Numbered from the stretch's first letter, positions 30,928 to 40,294 are shown. The stretch is DNA of 64,000 nt from Desulfobacterales bacterium (GCA_016209225.1 JACQWO010000069.1:4172-68171), one strand, 5' to 3'. Made by a program: numbers and translations. Notes: generated by a model from the sequence alone, not told the origin.

Positions 30928-30948
30928 GCTGCCAGGTTTTTCAGGCTA

Positions 30949-31617
30949 TCACTCTTCCCCACGCAGCTTTTCAAGCCCTTCATTTGAACCCAGAAGAACC
31001 ATGATGTCGCTGTCCTTAATTATGGAATCTCCCGTGGGGATAAGGTTCAAGCGTTCAGGAATGAGTTCCTTGATTGCGATTATCTGAACACCATACCGAT
31101 TGATAAGATCGAGCTCACGCAGGGTTTTACCCGTAAACTTCTTTGATGGAGCCAATTCTATAATACTGTAACCTTCCAGGAAAGGTAAATAGTCGAGCAT
31201 GTTAGGGTTGTGTAACCTTTCAGCCAGAGAGATAGCAAGGTCCCTTTCAGGGAAGAACACCTCAGATGCGCCAATCTTCTGGAGAATGCGACCATGAGCA
31301 TCACTAATAGCCTTGGCAAGTATGCGCTTGACTCCGGCATCCTTCAGATTTAGGGTAACAAGAATCGAATCACTCAAAACTGAACCGATGCAGACCACTA
31401 CCGCGTCCATCTCCTTCATCCCAAGCGGTTCCAAAATCTTCCTGTTGGTGGCATCAGCTACTATGGCTTGGCTGACCCCGTCTTTGATTTCTTGAACCCG
31501 GTTGGCATCTTTGTCAATGGCAAGCACTTCATATCCTTTCTCATATAGGTGTGTCGCCAGATAATAACCGAAATTCCCTATCCCAATAATAGCAAATTGT
31601 CTCATTTTTTTCCTCAT
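30949..31617 (-). CDS. ktrA: KtrA/TrkA potassium uptake regulatory subunit (RCK)
   Basis: IIGIGNFG Rossmann motif, VFFPERD, GKTLRELDL RCK_C. Confidence 0.92.
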   Translation of the reverse strand: MRKKMRQFAIIGIGNFGYYLATHLYEKGYEVLAIDKDANRVQEIKDGVSQAIVADATNRKILEPLGMKEMDAVVVCIGSVLSDSILVTLNLKDAGVKRILAKAISDAHGRILQKIGASEVFFPERDLAISLAERLHNPNMLDYLPFLEGYSIIELAPSKKFTGKTLRELDLINRYGVQIIAIKELIPERLNLIPTGDSIIKDSDIMVLLGSNEGLEKLRGEE

Positions 31618-33011
31618 CCTATCATGATACTTTCCTCTGCATAGTAATAGTTAGGCACCTCGCGGCGGCTAAAAGCCATGGCAATTAACAGTGGCCCAAG
31701 ACGGCCCGTAAACATAACTAAAGTGAGAACAAGCTTGCCTGTTATACTCAGTCCCCCTGTAATTCCGGTAGAAAGTCCCACCGTGCCAAAGGCACTTACA
31801 ACCTCAAAGAGGATATCCAGAAACTCTCCCCTGCTTATAGGATGAGAAACACCCCCTATCTCTGTAATCAGAAGAATTGTGGTTCCAGTGATAACCACAA
31901 CTATGCTGATCATCACAACACTAATTGCCTTCCCGACGCTCTCAGCCGAGATTGTGCGATGAAACAATTGAGGTCGCTGGTGCCCCCTAAAACGGGACGT
32001 TCCCAGTACGATAAGAGACATTAAAGTTGTTGTTTTTATGCCGCCCCCGCAGGAACCAGGAGAAGCCCCAATAAACATGAGTATAATAAGGATAAAAAGG
32101 GTCCCGTTAGCCATCTCCCCGATTGGTAAAGTGTTAAAACCCGCTGTGCGAGCAGTCACAGACTGAAAAAAACCTGCAAGAAAACGGTATGGGAAAGATA
32201 GGGTTTTAAGGGTATTGTGCCATTCCATACCGGTAATGAGGAGGCTGCCCAGGACAAGCAAAACAAAACTAGCAGAGAGTACCATCTTTGAGTGAAGACT
32301 GAGGCGAGACCACGTACGGTGTTTGAATTGGAGTCGTTGCTTCAGCTCAAATAGAACTAAAAAACCGATTCCTCCGCTTATAATCAGGAAACAGGTTACT
32401 ATGTTTAACAACCAGTTCTGCTGGTATCTGGCAAAACTGTTCGGGAAGAGAGAAAAACCTGCATTACAAAAGGCGCTGATTGAGTGGAAAACCGATAAAT
32501 AGAGGGAATGAAAGACCCCTCTTCCGGGAAGAAAACAGAAGAACATAATCACCAAGCCTATTGCCTCAATTACAAAAGTAAATAAGATCACATCCCGTAG
32601 AATAAAAAACAGGCCCCGGTCTTCGCTCCGGGTGAAAGAGTCCTGTATTACAATCCGTCCTGCTATAGTGGGTCGCCTGCCGACAATCAGGAGGAGCAAA
32701 GTTGAAAGCGTCATGATGCCCAGCCCTCCTATCTGAATAAGGGCAAGAACCACCACCTGCCCAGAAAGGCTGAGGACACTTCCTGTATCCACCACTACAA
32801 GACCGGTCACACAACTTGCAGAAGTAGCAGTAAACAAAGCGTCTATAAAGTTTAAACCTCCATTTGTTGACGCTGACGGCAGCATCAGCAGTGCGGTGCC
32901 GATGGAAATAAGGATAGCAAACCCAATGATAGAGATACGCGCAGGTGATTGGAGAAGTGACTGCTGAATTCTTTTAACCGGTATTTTAAAGTGGCCTGAG
33001 AAAGCCGACAT
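31614..33011 (-). CDS. ktrB: KtrB/TrkH potassium uptake membrane subunit
   Basis: SASCVTGL, SAFCNAGF, RTAGFN, SAFGTVGLS pore motifs; GASPGSCGGGIK. Confidence 0.93.
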   Translation of the reverse strand: MSAFSGHFKIPVKRIQQSLLQSPARISIIGFAILISIGTALLMLPSASTNGGLNFIDALFTATSASCVTGLVVVDTGSVLSLSGQVVVLALIQIGGLGIMTLSTLLLLIVGRRPTIAGRIVIQDSFTRSEDRGLFFILRDVILFTFVIEAIGLVIMFFCFLPGRGVFHSLYLSVFHSISAFCNAGFSLFPNSFARYQQNWLLNIVTCFLIISGGIGFLVLFELKQRLQFKHRTWSRLSLHSKMVLSASFVLLVLGSLLITGMEWHNTLKTLSFPYRFLAGFFQSVTARTAGFNTLPIGEMANGTLFILIILMFIGASPGSCGGGIKTTTLMSLIVLGTSRFRGHQRPQLFHRTISAESVGKAISVVMISIVVVITGTTILLITEIGGVSHPISRGEFLDILFEVVSAFGTVGLSTGITGGLSITGKLVLTLVMFTGRLGPLLIAMAFSRREVPNYYYAEESIMIG

Positions 33012-33129
33012 CTACTTGCCCTTATAATCCATTGTTTCACGAGAAAAAAATCAGCAAAATAGATCAAATGTTCCGGCTATTCTGTGCTTGCGCCATTCAT
33101 TCAGATAAAAACAAGTGGATTTTGCTTTA

Positions 33130-33417
33130 TCAGATATGGATTACGTTGTTTTGGGTTCCGAAGCAGTTTGCACAGACCTCATCATTTTTGGGATCATTCT
33201 CCCACTGCCAATCTACCAAAAACTTGTACTCGTACCTTCCAGGGGAAAGCATCACGGTCTTTTTCCATATACCGCCCTCATCCTTTTTCATGGGATGGAC
33301 TCTAGCATTCCACTTGTTGAAATCTCCCAATAGAACTACTTCGTTTGCCCACGGTGATTCCCATGTGAAGGTAACCCTTTTCTTCCCTGTTTCCTTTTTC
33401 TGTTGTTTTTTTGCCAT
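33130..33417 (-). CDS. Stand-alone glycogen-binding CBM48/AMPK-CBM protein
   Basis: VTFTW..ANEVVLLGDFNKW..W..LSPGRYEYKFLVD..W.NDP..FGTQNNV. Confidence 0.88.
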   Translation of the reverse strand: MAKKQQKKETGKKRVTFTWESPWANEVVLLGDFNKWNARVHPMKKDEGGIWKKTVMLSPGRYEYKFLVDWQWENDPKNDEVCANCFGTQNNVIHI

Positions 33418-33448
33418 TTTTCTCCCTTCCCTTCATCATTAAAAATTC

Positions 33449-33571
33449 GTAACTACTCAGGCACAAAGTGGCAAAGGCACATAGGCACAAAGCGGAGCGA
33501 GGTCGTTTCGTTGTTTTTTCCTACTTTGTGCCTTTGGTGCTCTGTGCCTCTGCGCCTACCTGAGTAGTCAC
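33449..33571. mobile_element. Miniature element with GTAACTACTCAGG/CCTGAGTAGTCAC ends and a perfect 8-bp target duplication
   Basis: AAAAATTC at 33441-33448 and 33572-33579; inverted GGCACAAA/TTTGTGCC octamer arrays inside. Confidence 0.8.
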
Positions 33572-33600
33572 AAAAATTCAAGCTTGTCTAACCGAGCACT

Positions 33601-34665
33601 TTAAAGCCACTTTTTTCTCTTAAAATAGATTACCATTACAACTCCTACAGTTACCATGGCTATCCATACGGCTGGATAGGCCCAATGCAGTTCAAGCTCC
33701 GGCATGTATTTAAAGTTCATTCCGTAGACACCTGCCATGAAGGTCAAAGGGATGAATATGGTAGCAATAATAGTTAAAACCTTCATAACCTCGTTCATTT
33801 TATTGCTGATACTGGAAAGATAGACATCGAGCATCCCGGAAACCATGTCCCTGAACGTTTCTATTGTATCCATAACCTGGATTGTATGATCATAGACATC
33901 TCTAAGAAATATCCCGGTGGATTGTTTGATTAAGCCCGACTCCCCCCGCTCTAAGACATTGATGACCTCTCTCAATGGCCATACCGACCTGCGGAAAAAT
34001 ATCATCTCTCTCTTTAAATGGTGGATACTCTGCAGGGTTTCTGGCACAGGATTGGTTACCAGATCCTCTTCCAATGATTCTATCCTATCACCAACGCTTT
34101 CTAATATTATAAAGTAGTGATCAACAACAGAATCCAACAAGGCATAGGCAAGGTAATCCGCCCCCATCTTTCTAATACGACCTTTTGCCTTTCTTATCCT
34201 TTCCCTTATTGAGTCGAAAACGTCTCCAGGTCTTTCCTGAAACGAAATGACAAAATTTGAACCCAATAACACGCTTATTTGTTCTGCATTTATCTCACTG
34301 CCTTCCTCGTCAATAGAAAGCATCTTTATGACAACGAAGATGTAATCCTCAAAATCCTCCATTTTGGGACGGTGCCCTGTATTCAAAATGTCTTCCAGGA
34401 TAAGGGGATGTATGTTAAAATGGATTCCAAGTCGTTCTATAACGTCAACCTCATGGAGACCATCTATGTTTACCCAGGTAACGGTCGGTGTATCTTTAAA
34501 TGGGAAACATTCCTCCACTGTATTTACTTCCTGCTCTTGAAACTGTGCTTCATCGTAGTCAATAATCCTAATCCTTGTCCTGTCAGTTTTCTTTTCCCCT
34601 ATATGAACGAGGGTGCCAGGGGAAAGACCAATCTTTTTTTGCCTCTTCTTAATCAGTTTAAACAT
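33601..34665 (-). CDS. corA: Magnesium/cobalt transporter CorA
   Basis: WVNIDGLH, HPLILEDI, YGMNFKYMPEL signature. Confidence 0.96.
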   Translation of the reverse strand: MFKLIKKRQKKIGLSPGTLVHIGEKKTDRTRIRIIDYDEAQFQEQEVNTVEECFPFKDTPTVTWVNIDGLHEVDVIERLGIHFNIHPLILEDILNTGHRPKMEDFEDYIFVVIKMLSIDEEGSEINAEQISVLLGSNFVISFQERPGDVFDSIRERIRKAKGRIRKMGADYLAYALLDSVVDHYFIILESVGDRIESLEEDLVTNPVPETLQSIHHLKREMIFFRRSVWPLREVINVLERGESGLIKQSTGIFLRDVYDHTIQVMDTIETFRDMVSGMLDVYLSSISNKMNEVMKVLTIIATIFIPLTFMAGVYGMNFKYMPELELHWAYPAVWIAMVTVGVVMVIYFKRKKWL

Positions 34666-34680
34666 TATGGGTTCCTTCAA

Positions 34681-34820
34681 GTTGGTTTTATTGGTTTTAT
34701 TTGTTCGGTTAGTTCTGATTAACGTTTATTGACGTCCTCCCTTACTGACTTCCACACAACAGCGGGCTTAAGCCCGCTGTTATATGTTCAACATCAAACC
34801 AATGAAACCAATCAAACAAC
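34681..34820. repeat. Inverted nonamer arrays flanking a perfect 24-bp palindrome
   Basis: TTGGTTTTA repeats at left, AAACCAAT(G/C) repeats at right; AACAGCGGGCTTAAGCCCGCTGTT at 34758-34781. Confidence 0.65.
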
Positions 34821-34901
34821 TCTATTCACCTGCGTCCAAAAAAGAAATTCCTATACGATCCAGTCAGCAATATCCCATATAACGAATATAAGGCATTTTG
34901 A

Positions 34902-36779
34902 TCATAATTTATCTGGTGTAATATAGTCGCCGTATCTTTCCCTTGCCTTGTTCAATCTCTGCCTTTGTTCCTCCAATACTTCAAATAACTTTTTGGGTGT
35001 ATCAGAAACCTTGGTTTCATAAATCTCTTTTATCCTATCAATCTTTGTCAGGTTTTCCGGAACCCTTATCATAAATTGCTTACTATAGTCTTTTTCAGTA
35101 TAGTCTTTTTTGAGTACATCCTTAAACAGCCTTTTAATATCCTCATACCTGGGTATCTTACCGGTAGGTGTTTCAATGAAGCCGACTTCATCATTGACCC
35201 GCAGTTCCATCCATTTATACCAGACCCTCTTATCTGTTTTCTCATTTAAGAAGTTCCCCTCCCTATCTTTAATAAAGTAATTAACAGAAAAGATGATGGG
35301 CGGCTTTTTCAGGTCTTTGCCAAAATCCAGATTGTCTTGAATATACTTTCCTACAGGAATGGACAAAAAATCCAGATTGGACATAGGATTAAATTCTCTT
35401 ACCCCTTCCTTCCCTAACGTGGCAGCCGTAGTCTCAGATTCTATTGATGCACCTTTGGCTATTATTCCATGCGCCCAGTCAAAAGATTCTTCCACCGGCA
35501 CACAGGTATCCGAATCCCTGCCCCCGTAAACTATTCCACCTACTGGAACACCTGATGGGTCATTAATCTTCGGGTCAAGATTCTTAAAGGCGTCCAAGCT
35601 AATCGTAAATCTTGCATTTGGATGGGAACATTGTATCTCTTTACCCTTTTCGTCTTTTTTCCCAATAAACCACTCCCCTGAATGGTTATAACCTTTGGAA
35701 GGGACATCCCCATCCTTTCCAATCCAATGTATGTGTTTATCTTCAGTAACCAGCACATTGGAAAATATGATTTCTCCAGGGCTATGAAGCCCGTTCCACT
35801 GATATGGGTCATCCTTAGAATTTACCCCCATTATTATCCCGAACATCCCCTTTTCCACATTGACTGCCCTGACCTCTCCATCTTTTTGTCTGAGATAAGC
35901 AATATCGTCCCCCACAATTCTTTCCCCATCCAACATGGCAGTAGAGGTCTTCCCGCAGAGGGAAGGAAACGCCCCGGTAAAATAAGTCACCCTATTTTTG
36001 GGACCGTTTATTCCAAGGACGAGCATATGCTCTGTTAACCAGCCTTCTTTTGACCCCTGTCTGATTGCCAGGCGCATAGCCAACTTTTTCAATCCAATAG
36101 TGTTGCCGCCGTACTGGGTGTTGGTGCTGTATACAATATCATCATCGATATCAATATATATTCTTCGTTTATCCAGATTTTTACACACCTTCCTTTCATC
36201 GAGTTCCCCTTGAGAATGGACAAACTTGAAGAAACGGGCTTTTGACCCCTGTCTGACAAATTCTTCATAACCTGCCCGGTAGAGGAGGAACTCACTGTGA
36301 GCCACATAACTGGAGTCGGTAAGTTGGACACAGGGGATGGAAAACTCGGATTTGGTCGGTCCCAAACAGAAGAAACATATGTAGAGTTCCTTGCCCTCCA
36401 TAACATTTTCAAGTATCTCATGGATTTCTTTTACCCCTTCATCTCTGTCTTTTGTAATTATGGTTGGGCCAAGGTCCACGCCTCTAGGGACAAGGATATC
36501 GGTATGCTCTTTGTCCCTTCCCTGATCATAATAACTGTCAAAATGAACGGTATGACCATCAATAGCCAGTCTGCTTTCCTCACCATTTATCATTGCCGAT
36601 TCCCTTATATATTTAATATCATCCCTGGAATCAGTACCAACAAACACCTTTCCCGGGTTACAGAGTTCAACATACTTGGCGATGAATTGATGAAGTTCCG
36701 GATTGTCAATTCTAATCAGTTTTTGGTACCCATCTTCCCCTAATCTGGTCTTGAGCGTGTTCATAGTTTTTTTATCCAT
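34902..36779 (-). CDS. pckG: Phosphoenolpyruvate carboxykinase (GTP)
   Basis: YGGN, GWLTEHM, AFPSLCGKT, VGDDIAY, HPNARF, YGGR, NPMSN. Confidence 0.93.
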   Translation of the reverse strand: MDKKTMNTLKTRLGEDGYQKLIRIDNPELHQFIAKYVELCNPGKVFVGTDSRDDIKYIRESAMINGEESRLAIDGHTVHFDSYYDQGRDKEHTDILVPRGVDLGPTIITKDRDEGVKEIHEILENVMEGKELYICFFCLGPTKSEFSIPCVQLTDSSYVAHSEFLLYRAGYEEFVRQGSKARFFKFVHSQGELDERKVCKNLDKRRIYIDIDDDIVYSTNTQYGGNTIGLKKLAMRLAIRQGSKEGWLTEHMLVLGINGPKNRVTYFTGAFPSLCGKTSTAMLDGERIVGDDIAYLRQKDGEVRAVNVEKGMFGIIMGVNSKDDPYQWNGLHSPGEIIFSNVLVTEDKHIHWIGKDGDVPSKGYNHSGEWFIGKKDEKGKEIQCSHPNARFTISLDAFKNLDPKINDPSGVPVGGIVYGGRDSDTCVPVEESFDWAHGIIAKGASIESETTAATLGKEGVREFNPMSNLDFLSIPVGKYIQDNLDFGKDLKKPPIIFSVNYFIKDREGNFLNEKTDKRVWYKWMELRVNDEVGFIETPTGKIPRYEDIKRLFKDVLKKDYTEKDYSKQFMIRVPENLTKIDRIKEIYETKVSDTPKKLFEVLEEQRQRLNKARERYGDYITPDKL

Positions 36780-36833
36780 TTTCTACTCCTCTCCTGACTA
36801 AAAAAGTCCATTAAAACTTGTTATTGTTTTAAT

Positions 36834-36945
36834 GTAACTATTCAAGCGAGACGCCTGTCCTACTGTGTTGTATAACCACCTACGACGCAGGACAGCCGTC
36901 TCGAATGTCTAAAATACAGGGCTTTAGATAAAGCTGAATAGTTAC
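36834..36945. mobile_element. Miniature element with GTAACTATTCA/TGAATAGTTAC ends and target duplication GTTTTAAT
   Basis: Left flank GTTTTAAT (36826-36833), right flank GTTTTAA then a second insertion; internal hairpin CGAGACG.CTGTCCT...AGGACAG.CGTCTCG. Confidence 0.75.
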
Positions 36946-36952
36946 GTTTTAA

Positions 36953-37037
36953 GGGGCTGTTGCCCAAATCCCTTTTCGCTTGTCCAAAATGTTTTTTGAT
37001 GACCGCTCAAAGGAATTTCTATTTAGGCAGCAGCCCG
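36953..37037. mobile_element. 85-bp MITE with TTAA duplication
   Basis: TIRs GGGCTGTTGCCCAAAT / ATTTAGGCAGCAGCCC (14/16); TTAA at 36949-36952 and 37038-37041. Confidence 0.7.
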
Positions 37038-37258
37038 TTAATGATCTTTTTATCAGAAAAGAACTCTCTTATCAATCATTTCTTTATTCTTTTCTTTTTT
37101 TCTAACCGGCACACTTCCCCTTTTTCAGGGCTACGGGTATTGGATTGCTGTGTTTTTTCCTGTTTAGCAGAAAAATTCTTTTTCCTTAGACAAAAACTTT
37201 ATTATCCGGCTCCCCTTTTTAGGTTGCTCGTGGATTGTGTTTATGGTATAAAGAATAA

Positions 37259-37360
37259 GTAACTATTCAGGTTCAAAGTTCCGGGGTTCAAGGTTAGAGA
37301 GCGATGAAGATCGCAAGCCAACCAACCATGAACCGTGAACCTGACGACCTGAGTAGTTAC
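37259..37360. mobile_element. Miniature element with GTAACTATTCAGG/CCTGAGTAGTTAC ends and GGTTCA/TGAACC heptamer arms
   Basis: Ends match 12/13; no target duplication visible. Confidence 0.7.
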
Positions 37361-37385
37361 CATTAATTCAACAATCGGCCGAAAG

Positions 37386-37874
37386 ATGGATATACATACT
37401 GAGCTTATGCAGGAGGCGCTGGCAGAAGCCAGAGAGGCAGAGAAAAAGGGGGAGGTTCCTGTTGGAGTTGTAATCATTTCCTCAAATGGAGAGTTATTGG
37501 CCAAGGCTCATAATGAATCTATTTCCCGAAATGATCCTACTGCCCATGCCGAGATTCTGGCACTGAGAAAAGCAGGCAAAAAACTGGGTAACTATCGTAT
37601 ATCAAACAGCACGTTTTACGTGACTATAGAACCCTGTATTATGTGTATAGGGGCGCTTATCAATGCCAGAATCCATCATCTGGTTTATGGCGCCAGAGAT
37701 CCAAAGGCAGGGGCAGTAGATTCCTTATATAATATTCCAAAAGACCCCAGGCTTAACCATAGAATGAAGGTCACTTCAGGCGTCTTGGAAAGAGAATGTC
37801 AGGATATTATCAAATCATTCTTTCGACGACTGAGAGATAAGCAATACAAGTTAGTTGCTTCGCAACAAACTTGA
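37386..37874 (+). CDS. tadA: tRNA adenosine(34) deaminase
   Basis: EVPVG, DPTAHAE, EPCIMC, DPKAGA, LNH. Confidence 0.95.
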   Translation: MDIHTELMQEALAEAREAEKKGEVPVGVVIISSNGELLAKAHNESISRNDPTAHAEILALRKAGKKLGNYRISNSTFYVTIEPCIMCIGALINARIHHLVYGARDPKAGAVDSLYNIPKDPRLNHRMKVTSGVLERECQDIIKSFFRRLRDKQYKLVASQQT

Positions 37875-37905
37875 GAAGTCAGAAGTCAGTAGTCAGAATG
37901 GAAAT
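37872..37905. repeat. Heptamer (CAGAAGT/CAGTAGT) array starting at the tadA stop codon
   Basis: TGAGAAGTCAGAAGTCAGTAGTCAGAATGGAAAT, one unit longer than the 13101 copy. Confidence 0.7.
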
Positions 37906-37966
37906 AATTTCAACAAGTTAAAGGTTAAAAGTTACAGGTTTATTGTACCCCATATAGTGGGGTTAC

Positions 37967-38060
37967 GGAGAGATGGCCGAGTCTGGTCGAAGGCGATTGA
38001 TTCGAAATCAATTGTCCTGAGAAATCGGGACCGGGGGTTCAAATCCCTCTCTCTCCGCCA
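37967..38060 (+). tRNA. tRNA-Ser(CGA)
   Basis: Acceptor GGAGAGA/TCTCTCC-G-CCA; anticodon arm ATTGA-TTCGAAA-TCAAT; long variable arm; GGTTCAAATCC. Confidence 0.95.
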
Positions 38061-38067
38061 TAGAAAC

Positions 38068-38148
38068 CAGTTAAGAGTGAAAAGTGATGAGTGATGAGTA
38101 ATTAAAAAGATTTTTGACTGAAAACTGACCACTGAAAACTGACCACTG
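38068..38148. repeat. Heptamer arrays between the tRNA genes (GTGATGA/GTGAAAA; ACTGAAAACTGACC x2)
   Basis: Direct reading; the 27-bp block CAGTTAAGAGTGAAAAGTGATGAGTGA recurs at 38257-38283. Confidence 0.7.
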
Positions 38149-38156
38149 TAGTGATG

Positions 38157-38249
38157 GGAGAGATGTCCGAGCGGCTGAAGGAGCACGACTGGAAATCGTG
38201 TGTACGCCCAAAAGGTGTACCGAGGGTTCAAATCCCTCTCTCTCCGCCA
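38157..38249 (+). tRNA. tRNA-Ser(GGA)
   Basis: Acceptor GGAGAGA/TCTCTCC-G-CCA; anticodon arm CACGA-CTGGAAA-TCGTG; long variable arm. Confidence 0.96.
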
Positions 38250-38379
38250 CAAAAATCAGTTAAGAGTGAAAAGTGATGAGTGAAAAGTGATTAGATTTAA
38301 AAAGATAGAGATGATTAGTTTGTTAGTTTGTCCTGGAAGATGAAGAAGAGATTTTTAAAGGTTGAATATAATTACAGAT

Positions 38380-38482
38380 TGATAGCTGGATCCTACGCAA
38401 CTAAGGGTTACAAACCCCGTCAGGTCCGGAAGGAAGCAGCGGTAGTAATATCTTAGTGTGCCGTAGGGTAATCCAGCTATCA
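38380..38482 (+). ncRNA. ffs: Signal recognition particle (4.5S) RNA
   Basis: Conserved TCAGGTCCGGAAGGAAGCAGC core in a long hairpin closed by TGATAGCTGGAT/ATCCAGCTATCA; upstream of dnaX. Confidence 0.93.
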
Positions 38483-38511
38483 TAGTTCTTTAGAAACAAA
38501 AAGGTTTTTTT

Positions 38512-40212
38512 ATGTCCTATTTGGTCCTGGCTCGGAAATGGCGACCCCAACTCTTTGAAGAAGTGGTAGGCCAAAGACACGTCACAAAGACCCTCCAAAA
38601 TGCAATTGTTGGTAATAGAGTCCCCCATGCCCTTTTGTTTACCGGCGCAAAAGGAGTAGGGAAAACATCCGTGGCCCGAATTATGGCAAAAGCCTTAAAC
38701 TGCCAGGATGGTCCAACTCCTCTACCGTGTAACCAGTGCCAGTTCTGCAAGGATATATCCGCAGGGGTATCCATAGACGTTCTGGAGATTGATGGGGCAT
38801 CAAATACCGGTGTAGACGATGTCAGAGAACTCAGGGAGAACGTTAGATACCTCCCCTCAAAAGGTAGCTATAAGGTCTACATCATTGATGAAGTCCATAT
38901 GCTCTCCAACAGCGCATTCAATGCATTACTAAAAACCCTGGAAGAGCCTCCTGAACATGTAGTATTTATATTTGCTACTACAGAACCCCATAAAATACCC
39001 CCAACTATACTATCCAGATGTCAACGATATGATTTTAAGCGAATCCCTACCAGAGACATTCTTGCTCATCTGAAACTCATTGTATCAGACGAGAAGGTAC
39101 AGATCAGTGACGAGAGTTTGGCTTTAATTGCCAGAGAAGCAGAAGGTAGCATGAGGGATGCTCAGAGTATCCTGGATCAGGCTATATCATTTGCTGGGAA
39201 GGATATTGGCTATGATGAAATTGTGGAGATTCTGGGGATCATAGATCGGAAACTGTTCTATGAGACTTCCCTTTCAATAATAGAAAGGAAACCTCAAAGA
39301 TGCCTCGATATTATTGAGGATGTCTATAACTATGGGTATGATATTAAAGAATTTTATAAGGGGCTTCTGGAACAGTTTAGGAATCTGGTAGTAGTCAAAG
39401 TTGCCGAGGCCCCTTCCATGTTAATAGACTTACCGGATAGCGAGATTGAAGATATTACCACGCAAGGGGCATTAGTAGGCATCGACGAGATTCAGCAGCT
39501 ATTTAGCATCCTTGCCAATAGTGAAGAAGATATTATAAGATCAAGTAACCCCAGGTTGGTCATGGAGATGACCCTTGTCAGGATGGCTCATACAAGACCA
39601 TTGCTCTCTATTGATGATATCTTATGTAAGGTTGATAACTTAGAGAAAAAACTATTAAATCTTAATAATGAGGGTAATGCTGCTGCCTATATGCCCCTGG
39701 AAAAACCGCAGTTTTCGAGCCCATCCTCACAAACAGCGGCTATCTCTGAAATTGAGCACTTAGAGGATACTGATGATACCCAACCTTCCGAGGCAGAATC
39801 TGGAATTAAGGGGGGGGATACCAAGGAGACATGGCTTAATCTGATTGGTTTTGTTAGGAAGAAAAGACCTCTCTTGGCTTCTATCCTTGAACTTGGTCAT
39901 TTGATAAACATGGACGATGGGAAGATTGATATAGGACTTAAAAAAAATTCTGTACTTATGGACAGTATAAATGAGCCCCAGAACAAAAAGGACCTTGCAG
40001 ATATTTTCATGGAATTCTTCCAGAGGGAGATGGCGCTAAACATATCAGTCATAGTGCCTGACTCAGACTCAGCGTCCATTCTGAAAAAAAACGGTAAAGG
40101 ATCTGACGGGGTTAGAAAACTGGGAGAGGAGGCATTAAACAATCCAATTGTCCAGGATGCCATTAACATCTTTGGAGGCAAGATTATAGAAATAAAGACT
40201 AAGCAAGTATAA
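38512..40212 (+). CDS. dnaX: DNA polymerase III subunit gamma/tau
   Basis: MSYLVLARKWRPQ, GAKGVGKT, zinc Cys cluster, IDEVHMLS, SRC. Confidence 0.97.
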   Translation: MSYLVLARKWRPQLFEEVVGQRHVTKTLQNAIVGNRVPHALLFTGAKGVGKTSVARIMAKALNCQDGPTPLPCNQCQFCKDISAGVSIDVLEIDGASNTGVDDVRELRENVRYLPSKGSYKVYIIDEVHMLSNSAFNALLKTLEEPPEHVVFIFATTEPHKIPPTILSRCQRYDFKRIPTRDILAHLKLIVSDEKVQISDESLALIAREAEGSMRDAQSILDQAISFAGKDIGYDEIVEILGIIDRKLFYETSLSIIERKPQRCLDIIEDVYNYGYDIKEFYKGLLEQFRNLVVVKVAEAPSMLIDLPDSEIEDITTQGALVGIDEIQQLFSILANSEEDIIRSSNPRLVMEMTLVRMAHTRPLLSIDDILCKVDNLEKKLLNLNNEGNAAAYMPLEKPQFSSPSSQTAAISEIEHLEDTDDTQPSEAESGIKGGDTKETWLNLIGFVRKKRPLLASILELGHLINMDDGKIDIGLKKNSVLMDSINEPQNKKDLADIFMEFFQREMALNISVIVPDSDSASILKKNGKGSDGVRKLGEEALNNPIVQDAINIFGGKIIEIKTKQV

Positions 40213-40242
40213 AGGGTTGATGAAAGATTGTATTATGAATCT

Positions 40243-40279
40243 AACTTTGAACCGTGAACTTTGAACCGTGAACGGTTAC
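40243..40279. repeat. 14-bp tandem AACTTTGAACCGTG x2 ending in TGAACGGTTAC (possible solitary right end of the GTAAC family)
   Basis: Direct reading; terminus resembles TGAGTAGTTAC. Confidence 0.55.
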
Positions 40280-40294
40280 TAATGGAGGTAGCGG

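Noticed and set aside
33012-33129. c-di-AMP (ydaO) riboswitch upstream of ktrB
   Set aside because: No recognisable conserved motifs; an Infernal scan would be needed to exclude it fully.
37932-38252. 106-aa minus-strand ORF with repeated WRRERDLNPR
   Set aside because: Antisense translation of the two tRNA-Ser genes.
38061-38290. Possible CRISPR array in repeats near the tRNAs (also 40243 and 57945)
   Set aside because: Units are 7-14 bp tandem repeats without unique spacers, and there are no cas genes in the window.
39940-40091. Programmed frameshift or slippage in dnaX at two A8 runs
   Set aside because: The runs lie in the C-terminal domain, beyond where gamma is normally truncated, and I see no stimulatory hairpin.
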